The notes below the pieces were generated by a model that did not search any database, was not told the origin of the DNA, and saw only the letters and a list, made by a program, of their open reading frames with translations. A DNA stretch of 64,000 nucleotides from Calditerrivibrio sp. (GTDB lineage: Bacteria; Chrysiogenota; Deferribacteres; Deferribacterales; Calditerrivibrionaceae), in assembly GCA_026415135.1 (NCBI GenBank), contig JAOAHS010000006.1, positions 29,779 through 93,778 on the forward strand, in the 5' to 3' direction. This document shows, piece by piece, positions 50,565-59,386 of the stretch (position 1 is the stretch's first letter; every line of letters starts with the position of its first letter). Position numbers and translations under genes: made by a program.

Positions 50565-53048
50565 TTACTCCTCATAAGGTATTTTAACCAAAACCTCTGT
50601 ACCTAAATCTTTTTCAGATATAACTTCTATTTTTCCACCTATCTTTTCAATTTCAAACTTAACTGCTGATAAACCAACTCCCCTACCCTTATAAATATCA
50701 GCTTCTTTAATTGAAGTATAACCTTCTAAAAATATTTTTTCAAGTTCTTCTTGGTCTATTCCTTTGCCATCATCTGTTATCTTAATAATCAAATAATTCT
50801 CTGATTTTGAAATTCTTACAGTCACATTACCTACCTCACTCTTGCCTTTCGCTTCTCTAACTTGAGGTGTTTCTATCCCATGTATGACTGCATTGGTGAA
50901 AATGTGATATAAAGAGCTAAGGCATTTGAAGTAATCAGGTATATATATTTGTATATTATCCTTACATTCTATATCAAAACGCACTAATTTCCCTTCCCTT
51001 TCAGATACCCTTTCCACTAATTTTCTGAAATTATCAAAATAGGACAGTAAATTTATTTTAAGAAAGTTTTTAATCTCTTTGTGTAAGGGGTTATGCTCTA
51101 TTTTTAACCTATTAGCTAAAATAGTAAGTCTCTCTTCAGATATTCGAACAAAATTCTCATCAACAAAATCTTTTTCTAAATATTTTCGTAGAATATCCAT
51201 GTCTTTTTTTAGTGAAGCAAAAAGTGAATCCACAAACTTTTCTCTATTGCTTAATGCATATTCTAAGTTTTCTTCAAAAATATGGATTAGCTCTGGTAGA
51301 TTTATAAAACCTTTTTGCAAAAAATTGCCTTTAAAAGTGTGCAACTCTTTTTTAATGATGTTTAAAGGATACAGATGGATGTTTAAAATGAAATCTTTAA
51401 ATTCTTTTATCAATTCTTTTGTTACATATTCATCTTTTACATATTCTACAACAAATTTTAACATTTTTCTTTCATTTTCAAGCTGTTTTTCTAACATCTT
51501 TTCATCTGTTATATCCTTCATTATTAAGATAATGTTTTTGTCCTTTGAAAGTTTATAGGTTAACTGATAGGTTTTATCTAAGATATCTACCTGTGGAGGC
51601 AAAAGTTCCAACATTGTTTCTTTTAAGAAGGTATTTTCTTGTTGAAATACTGATTTTAAGAGATTTCTAATGTTTTGTTGTTTTGTTTTATCTTCAGGAA
51701 ACAGAAGTTCTACTATATCAACACCGGCTATATCTTTCCCAAATATCTCTTTACATACGGATGAGTATTCTTTATCTATTTTATAATCACTACCGAATTT
51801 CAAAAACCCCTCTCCTGAACTATCAAGAAGTGTAGATATTTTATCTTTACTTATTGCTAATTCTTTTGTTCTGTCAGCTACTTTGATCTCAAGGTCCTCC
51901 ACATGCTCTTTAATTTTCGCTGACATTAAATTAAAAATATTTGTCAACTCACCAATTTCATCATTTTGATTGTATTCTATTTTTGTATCGTAATTACCCT
52001 CTTTTATTCTATTAGCTGAAACAGCAATGGTTTTAATGGGGTTTATAAGCATCCTCTGAACAATATAACCAAAAGCCACAATCAATATAACCATTAATAA
52101 AAAGACAGAAATGATTGGTAATAATAACTGTTGTATATTCAATATCTTATCTATGTTTATTGCTGTTAGAATTACCCATTTCAACTCAGGGATATGACTT
52201 ATTGCCACCATATATTCGTTACCTAAAAGATTGACCTTAAATATATCCACAAGGTTGTTTGATTGTAATAGGTTTGAAATTCTGTTTTTGAGGATTTCTT
52301 TGCCTTTTTCGTTAGATATGTCAAATATTGTTGTTTGCTTTTTACTTTTATCAACTATTCTCAGATTCATGAGGGACTTATCCTTCGAAGCAAAAATGGT
52401 TCCATCCTCCTGTAATATAAATTGAATAGTACCCTCTTCAGTTTTTTCTATAAATTCATTTACAAAATCAGTTATTTCTATTCCTGTACCGATAACCCCT
52501 CTTAAAATACCATCATCTATCATGACAACATTTATCCACAAATTTGTTTTTCCGACTTCTTTATCGAAATCGACATTTAGGGTGTATAGAGTAGGCTGCT
52601 TAATTGTTATAAAATACCAAATATCATCTTTGTTTTCAGGGTTTAGTGTTTTAATAATTTTAGCCACTCCACCAGATTTTTCATCGGAGTAGTAATAATT
52701 CAAACTATTATTTATTACAAAAAAAGCCGATTTCGATGTAAAATGTTTTCTAAAGTTTTCAAATTCTTGAAGAGCAAGATCTTTGTATAGTATATTTTCT
52801 TCGTGTTTTCCCCAAAGAGTTAGTATTTTAGAGTTACTCATCAATCTTGATATGGTAAGTTCCTTGTTTAATATACCACTGATCCGTTCTTTTTGATATA
52901 AAACTGAAGTTTTAGCATATTTTTCTGCTAAATTTTCTACAACTATTGTATAGATCTTTTTCCAGAACATGTACGCAGATGTAAGAATGATAATGATACC
53001 TATTATTAGCGCCATCTTCATTTTAAAGCTTATAGAGTTAAATGTCAT
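50565..53048 (-). CDS. Transmembrane sensor kinase with HPt-type phosphorylation site (CheA-like, no HisKA/DHp): TM-Cache-like-TM-HAMP-PAS-like-HPt-HATPase_c
   Basis: Two TMs flank a ~285-aa periplasmic domain; HAMP after TM2; HPt-like KELHTFKGNF; C-terminal HATPase (HIFTNAVIHG, ITDDGKGI, GRGVGLS); no H-box of HisKA type found by eye. Confidence 0.65.
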   Translation of the reverse strand: MTFNSISFKMKMALIIGIIIILTSAYMFWKKIYTIVVENLAEKYAKTSVLYQKERISGILNKELTISRLMSNSKILTLWGKHEENILYKDLALQEFENFRKHFTSKSAFFVINNSLNYYYSDEKSGGVAKIIKTLNPENKDDIWYFITIKQPTLYTLNVDFDKEVGKTNLWINVVMIDDGILRGVIGTGIEITDFVNEFIEKTEEGTIQFILQEDGTIFASKDKSLMNLRIVDKSKKQTTIFDISNEKGKEILKNRISNLLQSNNLVDIFKVNLLGNEYMVAISHIPELKWVILTAINIDKILNIQQLLLPIISVFLLMVILIVAFGYIVQRMLINPIKTIAVSANRIKEGNYDTKIEYNQNDEIGELTNIFNLMSAKIKEHVEDLEIKVADRTKELAISKDKISTLLDSSGEGFLKFGSDYKIDKEYSSVCKEIFGKDIAGVDIVELLFPEDKTKQQNIRNLLKSVFQQENTFLKETMLELLPPQVDILDKTYQLTYKLSKDKNIILIMKDITDEKMLEKQLENERKMLKFVVEYVKDEYVTKELIKEFKDFILNIHLYPLNIIKKELHTFKGNFLQKGFINLPELIHIFEENLEYALSNREKFVDSLFASLKKDMDILRKYLEKDFVDENFVRISEERLTILANRLKIEHNPLHKEIKNFLKINLLSYFDNFRKLVERVSEREGKLVRFDIECKDNIQIYIPDYFKCLSSLYHIFTNAVIHGIETPQVREAKGKSEVGNVTVRISKSENYLIIKITDDGKGIDQEELEKIFLEGYTSIKEADIYKGRGVGLSAVKFEIEKIGGKIEVISEKDLGTEVLVKIPYEE

Positions 53049-53065
53049 ATTTATCCTATAATCAA

Positions 53066-53671
53066 CTATTTTATTATGATCTCTACCCTTCTGTTTTTGG
53101 GTTCGGAAGTTTCATCTGGTAGGGGTATTAATGGATCATCTTCTCCATGGGATAAGATTTCTATAGGTGTTGTTTCCAAAACACCAGAGCTTAAAATAAT
53201 ATGTTTTACAGACTCAGCTCTTTTTAGGCCTAAATTATAGTTTACCTCTTTAGAACCTAAACTATCGGTGTGACCTATTATCAGAATTTCTGGATCTTTT
53301 CTTGATTTAATCTCTTTCAAAAGATCTTGAACATTGGCAAGGCTTTCTTCAGTAAGATTGTCACTGCCTGCAAGAAAATATAAAAGGAAGGATTTTGGTT
53401 TGAGAGGCTCCATATTTAGCAGATTTGAATATCTTTTTGAAAACTCTTCATCAGACATTAAGGTAGGTTCAGATATTTTATCTTTATCTATTGTTACAAA
53501 ATATTTATTTTTATCTATGACAACTTCACCTTTTTCCGTTTTAACATATACCTTTCCTACCTTTCCATCTTCATCTGCCATAAGGCATACAAGATCTTTT
53601 TTTTCGATCTTAAAAGAGCCGATAGCCAAAACAACAGCAGTTGTCAAAACAAAAAGTGTAAAGGGTGTCAT
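53066..53671 (-). CDS. OmpA C-terminal-domain (peptidoglycan-associating) protein with N-terminal TM anchor
   Basis: IIGHTDSLGSKEVNYNLGLKRAESVKHIIL...NRRVEIII OmpA/MotB-like motif. Confidence 0.7.
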   Translation of the reverse strand: MTPFTLFVLTTAVVLAIGSFKIEKKDLVCLMADEDGKVGKVYVKTEKGEVVIDKNKYFVTIDKDKISEPTLMSDEEFSKRYSNLLNMEPLKPKSFLLYFLAGSDNLTEESLANVQDLLKEIKSRKDPEILIIGHTDSLGSKEVNYNLGLKRAESVKHIILSSGVLETTPIEILSHGEDDPLIPLPDETSEPKNRRVEIIIK

Positions 53672-54099
53672 TGGCTTGCCTCCACAATAAACTTAGTTCC
53701 TTTTACTCCAACTACAGCTGAAGATGTTTTTATTCCTACATTATTGGCTGCTATCTTTGGTATTTTCCCAGAGTTAAAAAGTATTTTTCCAGTTTTAAGC
53801 TCCCCTTTTAATTCATAGGTAGATTTCTTAGGATCATATTGATAAGCTTGGACAATATAATGAGTGTTTTCGTCAAGAGTTATCATTGTGTTATCTTTAA
53901 AAACTATACCACAACCTGATTTGTTTTTTGTAATTATTTGATCTTTGTTTAGAATATTAAAACCTAACTTGACATCGAGTTCTTTGTTATCCCTTAAAAC
54001 AATGACATTGCCATTAATGTTCCTAACTTTTCCAATTGTTTCTGAAAAAGATGGGATAGTAAAGACTAAGAAGAGAAAAAGAGTTATAAATATTCTCAT
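53668..54099 (-). CDS. Secreted FecR-domain-like protein (143 aa)
   Basis: Signal peptide; beta-rich G/V/K pattern reminiscent of FecR/anti-sigma sensor domain; SD AAAGGGGTG; begins 19 nt after tRNA-Pro 3' end. Confidence 0.45.
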   Translation of the reverse strand: MRIFITLFLFLVFTIPSFSETIGKVRNINGNVIVLRDNKELDVKLGFNILNKDQIITKNKSGCGIVFKDNTMITLDENTHYIVQAYQYDPKKSTYELKGELKTGKILFNSGKIPKIAANNVGIKTSSAVVGVKGTKFIVEASQ

Positions 54100-54118
54100 A
54101 AGGCACCCCTTTTAAAAA

Positions 54119-54192
54119 TCGGGGCGACTGGATTTGAACCAGCGACCACACCCACCCCAAAGGTGTACGCTACCAGGCTGCGCCACGCCCCG
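54119..54192 (-). tRNA. tRNA-Pro (anticodon GGG)
   Basis: Revcomp CGGGGCG-TG-GCGC-AGCCTGGTA-GCGT-A-CACCT-TTGGGGT-GGGTG-TGGTC-GCTGG-TTCAAAT-CCAGT-CGCCCCG-A; anticodon loop UUGGGGU gives GGG with G37. Confidence 0.8.
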
Positions 54193-54200
54193 ATAACAAA

Positions 54201-54229
54201 TTTATAATACAAAAATTCAGATTTGGCAA
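54201..54229 (-). promoter_or_regulatory. Sigma70-like promoter for tRNA-Pro(GGG): TTGCCA-17-TATAAA
   Basis: Minus-strand TTGCCA (revcomp 54224-54229), 17-nt spacer, TATAAA (revcomp 54201-54206), 8 nt before tRNA 5' end. Confidence 0.4.
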
Positions 54230-54254
54230 GACTAAATGAGTTTTTTATAAAAGC

Positions 54255-54282
54255 CAGGGTTCTTATTTATAAAGAACCCTGA
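54255..54282 (-). terminator. Perfect 12-13-bp palindromic hairpin after the lipoprotein gene stop (putative terminator)
   Basis: CAGGGTTCTTTAT-tt-ATAAAGAACCCTG immediately 3' of the stop at 54289; followed on minus strand by GCUUUUAUAAAAAA. Confidence 0.4.
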
Positions 54283-54288
54283 CAGTAT

Positions 54289-55398
54289 TTATCTTAGTTT
54301 TTCTATCACTATCCTGAAGTTATCAAACTTTTTAAGTTCATATTTATTTAAGTTTTTTATGGCATTTGCAAGGTAAATAGTTTTTTCCGGATATTCTACA
54401 ACAACTTTGTCAACACCCCTGTCATTAACGTTTAAAACCCAGCTTATATACTGGAGATCATTTTTTAACTCTAAAAGTTTATTTAAATCGTTATTACCTG
54501 CTAAAACTATTTCTACAGTTCTTTTGTTTTGTCCTTTGATCTTTTCAACCACAGTGGAGATAAGCTCGTTGGAAACATTTGATGCTAAATTTTCCAGCAT
54601 ATTGTGAGTAGCGTCTTCAGGGGTTGGTCCCTGCCCTCTTCCAGAAACATATCCACTTGCTACAACTATTTTTTGGCCATTTTTATCACCGATAAGTCTG
54701 TAGGTCAATCTACCTGTAACCACATTGAAAGGTAAGGAAACACCATAACCTATGTTTTTACCCTGTTGTGCCGATAATGTTGTTTCTACTTTTCCTATCA
54801 GGATAGCGCCCGACATAAACTGATAAGCCACATTTCTAAATGCGCTATAGTTATTGTTTTTTAATGCACTATCAATCTCCATAAGGGAATATTTACTACC
54901 TAAAGAAGCTATATCCACTACATCAAGCCCTTGAGCAGATAGCTCATTTATCACCTTTTCTGACAATGCAGTGGTTTCATCGACTTTGTTATTGGGAAAA
55001 ATAACAGGTATATAGACTGCTACAGATGTATTTTTAGCAAAGATACTTACAGCTTTTGCTGCTTCTGCTGGTGAAATATCTGCTGATATCTTGACCCAGT
55101 AAAGGTCTTTATCTTTACCTTCATCAATGATTTTATATTTGTCTACAACTCCTTTAACCTCTGACTTGATTGCTTCGTCCACCAACTGGGCATTTTGAAC
55201 TATTGTCTCCACTTTTACCTGAACACCTGCAGCAGCTTCCAAAGCAGCCCATTTTGCTCTTGCAATAGCTTGAAATTTTGCTGCAGCTATGTCACCATTG
55301 ACAATATTTGCTTCGCCAGTAGCTGTAACAGTTTTGGCAAAAGCAGAAAAGCCTAAAGATAGCACCATTAAAAACACTAGCAAATATCTTTTCATCAT
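54289..55398 (-). CDS. Secreted/lipoprotein-like protein (putative CsgG-partner; LPP20/FlgP-like Ala-rich N-domain)
   Basis: Start at MMKRY (SD GAGAGGTG); signal peptide; N-domain KTVTATGEA...AAAKFQAIARAKWAALEAAAGVQV; no confident family. Confidence 0.5.
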   Translation of the reverse strand: MMKRYLLVFLMVLSLGFSAFAKTVTATGEANIVNGDIAAAKFQAIARAKWAALEAAAGVQVKVETIVQNAQLVDEAIKSEVKGVVDKYKIIDEGKDKDLYWVKISADISPAEAAKAVSIFAKNTSVAVYIPVIFPNNKVDETTALSEKVINELSAQGLDVVDIASLGSKYSLMEIDSALKNNNYSAFRNVAYQFMSGAILIGKVETTLSAQQGKNIGYGVSLPFNVVTGRLTYRLIGDKNGQKIVVASGYVSGRGQGPTPEDATHNMLENLASNVSNELISTVVEKIKGQNKRTVEIVLAGNNDLNKLLELKNDLQYISWVLNVNDRGVDKVVVEYPEKTIYLANAIKNLNKYELKKFDNFRIVIEKLR

Positions 55399-55410
55399 AC
55401 ACCTCTCAAA

Positions 55411-55440
55411 CAAAAAAGGGGGATACCCCCCTTATATTTT
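55411..55440 (-). terminator. Intrinsic terminator after the CsgG-like gene
   Basis: Minus-strand GGGGGG-uau-CCCCCC hairpin followed by UUUUUUGUUUG. Confidence 0.6.
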
Positions 55441-56642
55441 TAAAACAGTTTTTTCATGAACCCTTGCCCTTCAAGAGGAGCTCTTTTAACTAATGTACCG
55501 ACTTTTAATCTTTTAATGTTTTCAGGTTTACCTTCTATCTTTACCCATGCAGAATTTTCATCCACTTGGTTTGAGACGATTATATCAACATCTATTTTTG
55601 TTTTTTGACAATTCATCTTTTTTGTCATGAAATCCTGTATTTCCATAAATTCATATGCTTCAATTTTGTTACCAGGTTGAATTCCATCGGCTTTACCCAA
55701 ACTTACAAGAGCAACCTGCTTGCCACCACGAAGTTGATTTATATATGCTTTCGCTCCAAAAAGATCAGAAAACTCTGGTTTAATATCATCTACAGACTCA
55801 CCAAATGCTTTTTTAGCAGCGTTAACAACCAATTCTGGATTAAACGCAGGTTGTTCACCTGCAAGCTCCCTACCTTTTACCTTTTTACTCAATACAAGCT
55901 GTCCAGTAGAGGCATCGATCAACTGAACAGTCATCTCGGTATTAACATTCCAACCAACTGTTGCTGCATCAACAGCTGCTTTTGTGGCAGCTAAAGCTAA
56001 ATTGACCCATACATTACCGGTGTTTGTATCATTTTTGGTTCTCTGAACATAATGAGCTTTTATTAGGTCAACAGTACCTGTTATTATGTAATCAACACCT
56101 GAAATCTTACCAAATTTAGTAACTGTGTTAGGATCTGCCATGTTCATCTGAAAACCTTGTTCCTGAAGAACTTTCCCCACCTGTTGTCTAGTGAAGACCT
56201 GTACACCACCTATTTTCATTATGGCATCTTCAACTGCTGACTGGGCATATTGCCCTAAATTAGGAGCTATTTCACGGTAAAATGTATTGATATCTGCTGA
56301 GTATTTGTGATCCTTTTGGGTAACTCCTGCATAGCCCACACCAGCTGCACCAGGCCCAACAACAACTCCTGCAACACCAGCAGATTTTGTAGTAGTCTGA
56401 GATTGGCCTTGAATTTGAGTATTTACAGCCTTCATATCACCATAGCCTGTGTTATTTGCAAAATCAACTACTGCAACTTTGTACTTTTTCCCTTGATATT
56501 GTGCTTCACATATCTTAGGAACCTGAACCTGCTCCTGATCAGCTGGAGTAATTTGCATTGCACCAGGATCCAATTTTGGTGGTTGTGCACAAGCAAAGAG
56601 AAATACTACAGCTAAGACACTTAGATATTTAAAAAACCTCAT
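55440..56642 (-). CDS. CsgG/HfaB-family outer-membrane lipoprotein (secretion-pore family)
   Basis: Start at MRFFKY (SD GGAGGGA 5 nt upstream); lipobox LFAC; KVAVVDFANNTGYGDM, FTRQQVGKVLQEQGF, VDYIITGTVDLIKA parallel E. coli CsgG motifs (KIFVSVYNIQDETG, LERQGLQNLLNE, IMVEGSIIGYE). Confidence 0.65.
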   Translation of the reverse strand: MRFFKYLSVLAVVFLFACAQPPKLDPGAMQITPADQEQVQVPKICEAQYQGKKYKVAVVDFANNTGYGDMKAVNTQIQGQSQTTTKSAGVAGVVVGPGAAGVGYAGVTQKDHKYSADINTFYREIAPNLGQYAQSAVEDAIMKIGGVQVFTRQQVGKVLQEQGFQMNMADPNTVTKFGKISGVDYIITGTVDLIKAHYVQRTKNDTNTGNVWVNLALAATKAAVDAATVGWNVNTEMTVQLIDASTGQLVLSKKVKGRELAGEQPAFNPELVVNAAKKAFGESVDDIKPEFSDLFGAKAYINQLRGGKQVALVSLGKADGIQPGNKIEAYEFMEIQDFMTKKMNCQKTKIDVDIIVSNQVDENSAWVKIEGKPENIKRLKVGTLVKRAPLEGQGFMKKLF

Positions 56643-56718
56643 AAATCCCTCCATAGTTTTTTGTATTTTAATTATAACAGGTAAATATGAAAAATCAAAT
56701 AAATTTTAAAAAAATTTT

Positions 56719-57375
56719 TTATTTTTTTAATTTAGCCATTACCTTTTTCAAATCTTCCCAGGCAGGTTTTTTCATTGCAGGATTTCTCAAAAGATATGAG
56801 GGATGGAAAGTTGGCATAACCAAAATCCCATTATAGTCTTGGAACTCACCTCTAATCAAACTTATCCTTTTATCAATATTTAAAAGATATTTTGTGGCAG
56901 TGCTCCCCAAGCATACAATAATTTTTGGGCATACTATATCTATCTGTCTTTTTAAAAAATTTATACATGCAAAAGCTTCTTCATCAAAGGGTGCCCTATT
57001 GTTTGGTGGTCTACATTTTACAATATTAGCAATATACACTTCATCCCTTTTATACCCCATTGCCTCTATCATCTTGGTTAACAATTGACCTGCTTTACCC
57101 ACGAAAGGTCTACCCTGTTCATCTTCATCTGCCCCTGGACCTTCTCCAACAAACATCAATACAGCATTCAGATTACCTTCACCAGGAACAGTATTTTTCC
57201 TACTTTTACCAAGAATGCACTTATGGCAAGAAGATATCTCTTGTTCTATTTCTAACATTGCTTGAGTTTTTTGATCTTTTATAATAGTATTATCTGGTGA
57301 TGATAGAAAAGAATCTATACCAACGATATCCTTATAAAAATTAAGATCTTTTATACCGCACATATTCGCAAACAT
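56719..57375 (-). CDS. Uracil-DNA glycosylase family 4
   Basis: [23 protein letters not shown] motif, Cys cluster of family-4 UDG [4Fe-4S]; HPSYLLRNP. Confidence 0.85.
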   Translation of the reverse strand: MFANMCGIKDLNFYKDIVGIDSFLSSPDNTIIKDQKTQAMLEIEQEISSCHKCILGKSRKNTVPGEGNLNAVLMFVGEGPGADEDEQGRPFVGKAGQLLTKMIEAMGYKRDEVYIANIVKCRPPNNRAPFDEEAFACINFLKRQIDIVCPKIIVCLGSTATKYLLNIDKRISLIRGEFQDYNGILVMPTFHPSYLLRNPAMKKPAWEDLKKVMAKLKK

Positions 57376-58549
57376 AGTTGATTATTTTTGATGCTATACT
57401 TTGTTTACTCATTTTATCTATGGTTTCTTCTTTACCATTTATAAAATAAATATGTACTTCATTATCATTAGAATCAAAACCAATATCTTTTCTTGAGATA
57501 TCATTAGCAACTATAATATCCAACTTTTTATTTTTAAGCTTTTCCAGTGCATTAAGCCTAAGGTTCTCACTTTCTGCAGCAAATCCAATAAAGATCTGAT
57601 CATCTCTCTTATATCTTGATAATTCTTTTAAAATATCTATATTCTGTTTAAGCTCCAATACTAAATTTTCTGACTTTTTCTTAATTTTATGTTGGCTTTT
57701 GTTAATAACAGAAAAATCAGCAACTGCTGCTGACATTATCAAAATATCGTAATCTGATATTACAGATATAGTTGCGTTAAACATCTGTTCTGCCGATTCG
57801 ACGTTTATCACAGGCACAAAACTTTTCAGATTGGTAGGACCAGAAATAAGGAGCACATCTGCACCATTTTCATAAGCAGCTTCTGCCAAAGCATAACCCA
57901 TTTTACCGCTGGATCTATTGGAAATATATCTGACAGGGTCGATATACTCAACCGTTGGTCCTGCTGTAACTAAAACTTTTTTTCCTCTTAAAAGATCATT
58001 CTTTCTTATAAATAACCTACAGTATCTGTAGATATCTTCAGGTTCCACCATTTTACCTACTCCTTCATCTTTACAAGCCAAGACACCTGTGGTAGGCTCT
58101 AAAATGTGGAAACCAAAATCCTTTAGGGTGTTAAGATTTTTCTGAAAAATAGGATTTACATACATTTTACTATTCATAGCTGGAGCAACAACTATAGGTT
58201 TGCTCTCATCCCGAGCTAAAACTGTCGAGGTTAAAAGATTATCGGCAATACCATTTGCAATCTTACCTATTGTATTTGCAGTAGCTGGAGCGATCACAAA
58301 TAGATCTGACCAATCTATTAGGCTTATATGTTTTATAGAATTTGGTTCTATATATACTTCAAAATCATCTATATATACCCTGTTGCCTGTTATAGCCTCA
58401 AATGTAAGTGGTGTGACAAATTTAGTGGCATTCTCCGTCATAATAACTTTTACATTGTGACCCCCAAGTATAAAAAACCTACACAGTTGGGGAATCTTAT
58501 AGGCAGCTATGCCACCAGTAACACCAATTAAAACATTGTATGATTTCAT
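57341..58549 (-). CDS. coaBC: Bifunctional phosphopantothenoylcysteine decarboxylase / phosphopantothenate-cysteine ligase
   Basis: N-terminal flavoprotein (GVTGGIAAYK, PAMN) and C-terminal CoaB ligase domain, 402 aa. Confidence 0.9.
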   Translation of the reverse strand: MKSYNVLIGVTGGIAAYKIPQLCRFFILGGHNVKVIMTENATKFVTPLTFEAITGNRVYIDDFEVYIEPNSIKHISLIDWSDLFVIAPATANTIGKIANGIADNLLTSTVLARDESKPIVVAPAMNSKMYVNPIFQKNLNTLKDFGFHILEPTTGVLACKDEGVGKMVEPEDIYRYCRLFIRKNDLLRGKKVLVTAGPTVEYIDPVRYISNRSSGKMGYALAEAAYENGADVLLISGPTNLKSFVPVINVESAEQMFNATISVISDYDILIMSAAVADFSVINKSQHKIKKKSENLVLELKQNIDILKELSRYKRDDQIFIGFAAESENLRLNALEKLKNKKLDIIVANDISRKDIGFDSNDNEVHIYFINGKEETIDKMSKQSIASKIINYVCEYVRYKRS

Positions 58550-58552
58550 TAA

Positions 58553-58765
58553 TTATTCTTTTATCAATACAGGTTTTATTTTTTGTTCAACTATTTCTGA
58601 CAACGCAATTGTAGTTGGCTTAAGATACTTTTTTTCCTGGGGTGGCAGGGTATTTTCCTTAGAACTGATCAATTCTCTAGCCCTTTGGCTTGATATTAAT
58701 ACCAATCTGAAACGGCTACCAATAAGCTCGTTTGTAATACCTTTTTCAATATCTACTACTGACAT
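58553..58765 (-). CDS. rpoZ: DNA-directed RNA polymerase subunit omega
   Basis: 70 aa, ...SRFRLVLISSQRAREL..., between gmk and coaBC. Confidence 0.85.
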   Translation of the reverse strand: MSVVDIEKGITNELIGSRFRLVLISSQRARELISSKENTLPPQEKKYLKPTTIALSEIVEQKIKPVLIKE

Positions 58766-59377
58766 CTATTCCTCCATATCAAAAATTTCATCTATACTTT
58801 CTAAATCTGTAGTTCTTAAATGTTCTGCAATGTAAATACTCTCTAATTCTTTATAGGAACTTATTATGTCTCTATTAACAATTATATAGTCGTAGTCTTT
58901 ATAGTATGCAATCTCTTTTTTTGCATTTTCAAGTCTTAAATTAATTTTTTCCTCTGTTTCTGTTCTTCTGTTCTTTAATCTTTCCCTAAGATCCTTCATG
59001 GAAGGTGCAATAATAAAGATATATATTCCAAAACCAAGCTTTTCTCTAAGCTGTCTTGCACCTTGTGGATCTATATCTAATATAATATTCTTTCCATTAG
59101 CAAGATTTTCTTCAACAAATTTTTTTGATGTACCATAATAGTTACCATGAACTTCTGCCCATTCCAAAAACTCATCCCTATCTATCATCTGTTTAAAAGT
59201 GTTAATATCTACAAAGAAATAATCTTTCCCTTCTACTTCATCAAATCGTGGTTTTCTGGTTGTATAAGAAACAGAAAAGATAAGGTCAGTGTAGTTTTGA
59301 AGTAGCTTATTGCATAATGTTGTTTTTCCTGCACCACTTGGAGCACTAATTATGAAAAGTTTACCTTTTTTAAACAT
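58766..59377 (-). CDS. gmk: Guanylate kinase
   Basis: P-loop ISAPSGAGKTTL, GMP-binding SVSYTTRKPR...E..G.DY. Confidence 0.9.
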   Translation of the reverse strand: MFKKGKLFIISAPSGAGKTTLCNKLLQNYTDLIFSVSYTTRKPRFDEVEGKDYFFVDINTFKQMIDRDEFLEWAEVHGNYYGTSKKFVEENLANGKNIILDIDPQGARQLREKLGFGIYIFIIAPSMKDLRERLKNRRTETEEKINLRLENAKKEIAYYKDYDYIIVNRDIISSYKELESIYIAEHLRTTDLESIDEIFDMEE

Positions 59378-59386
59378 AACCAGATC

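Noticed and set aside
51079-51558. 159-aa + strand ORF inside the kinase gene, and the many other 60-125-aa antisense ORFs (e.g. 11172-11429, 11783-12055, 16504-16881, 20567-21272, 32245-32496, 55605-55994, 56307-56615, 58200-58835)
   Set aside because: All are embedded antisense within well-supported genes. They lack SDs and translate to low-complexity F/S/L/I-rich strings, consistent with chance ORFs in the stop-poor antisense frames of AT-rich coding DNA.
54119-54192. Alternative anticodon reading for the second tRNA
   Set aside because: Shifting the stem by one nucleotide destroys the 5-bp anticodon stem. The UUGGGGU loop, with U33 and G37, is the only register giving a canonical 7-nt loop, so Pro(GGG) is kept. 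A tRNAscan-SE run would settle it.
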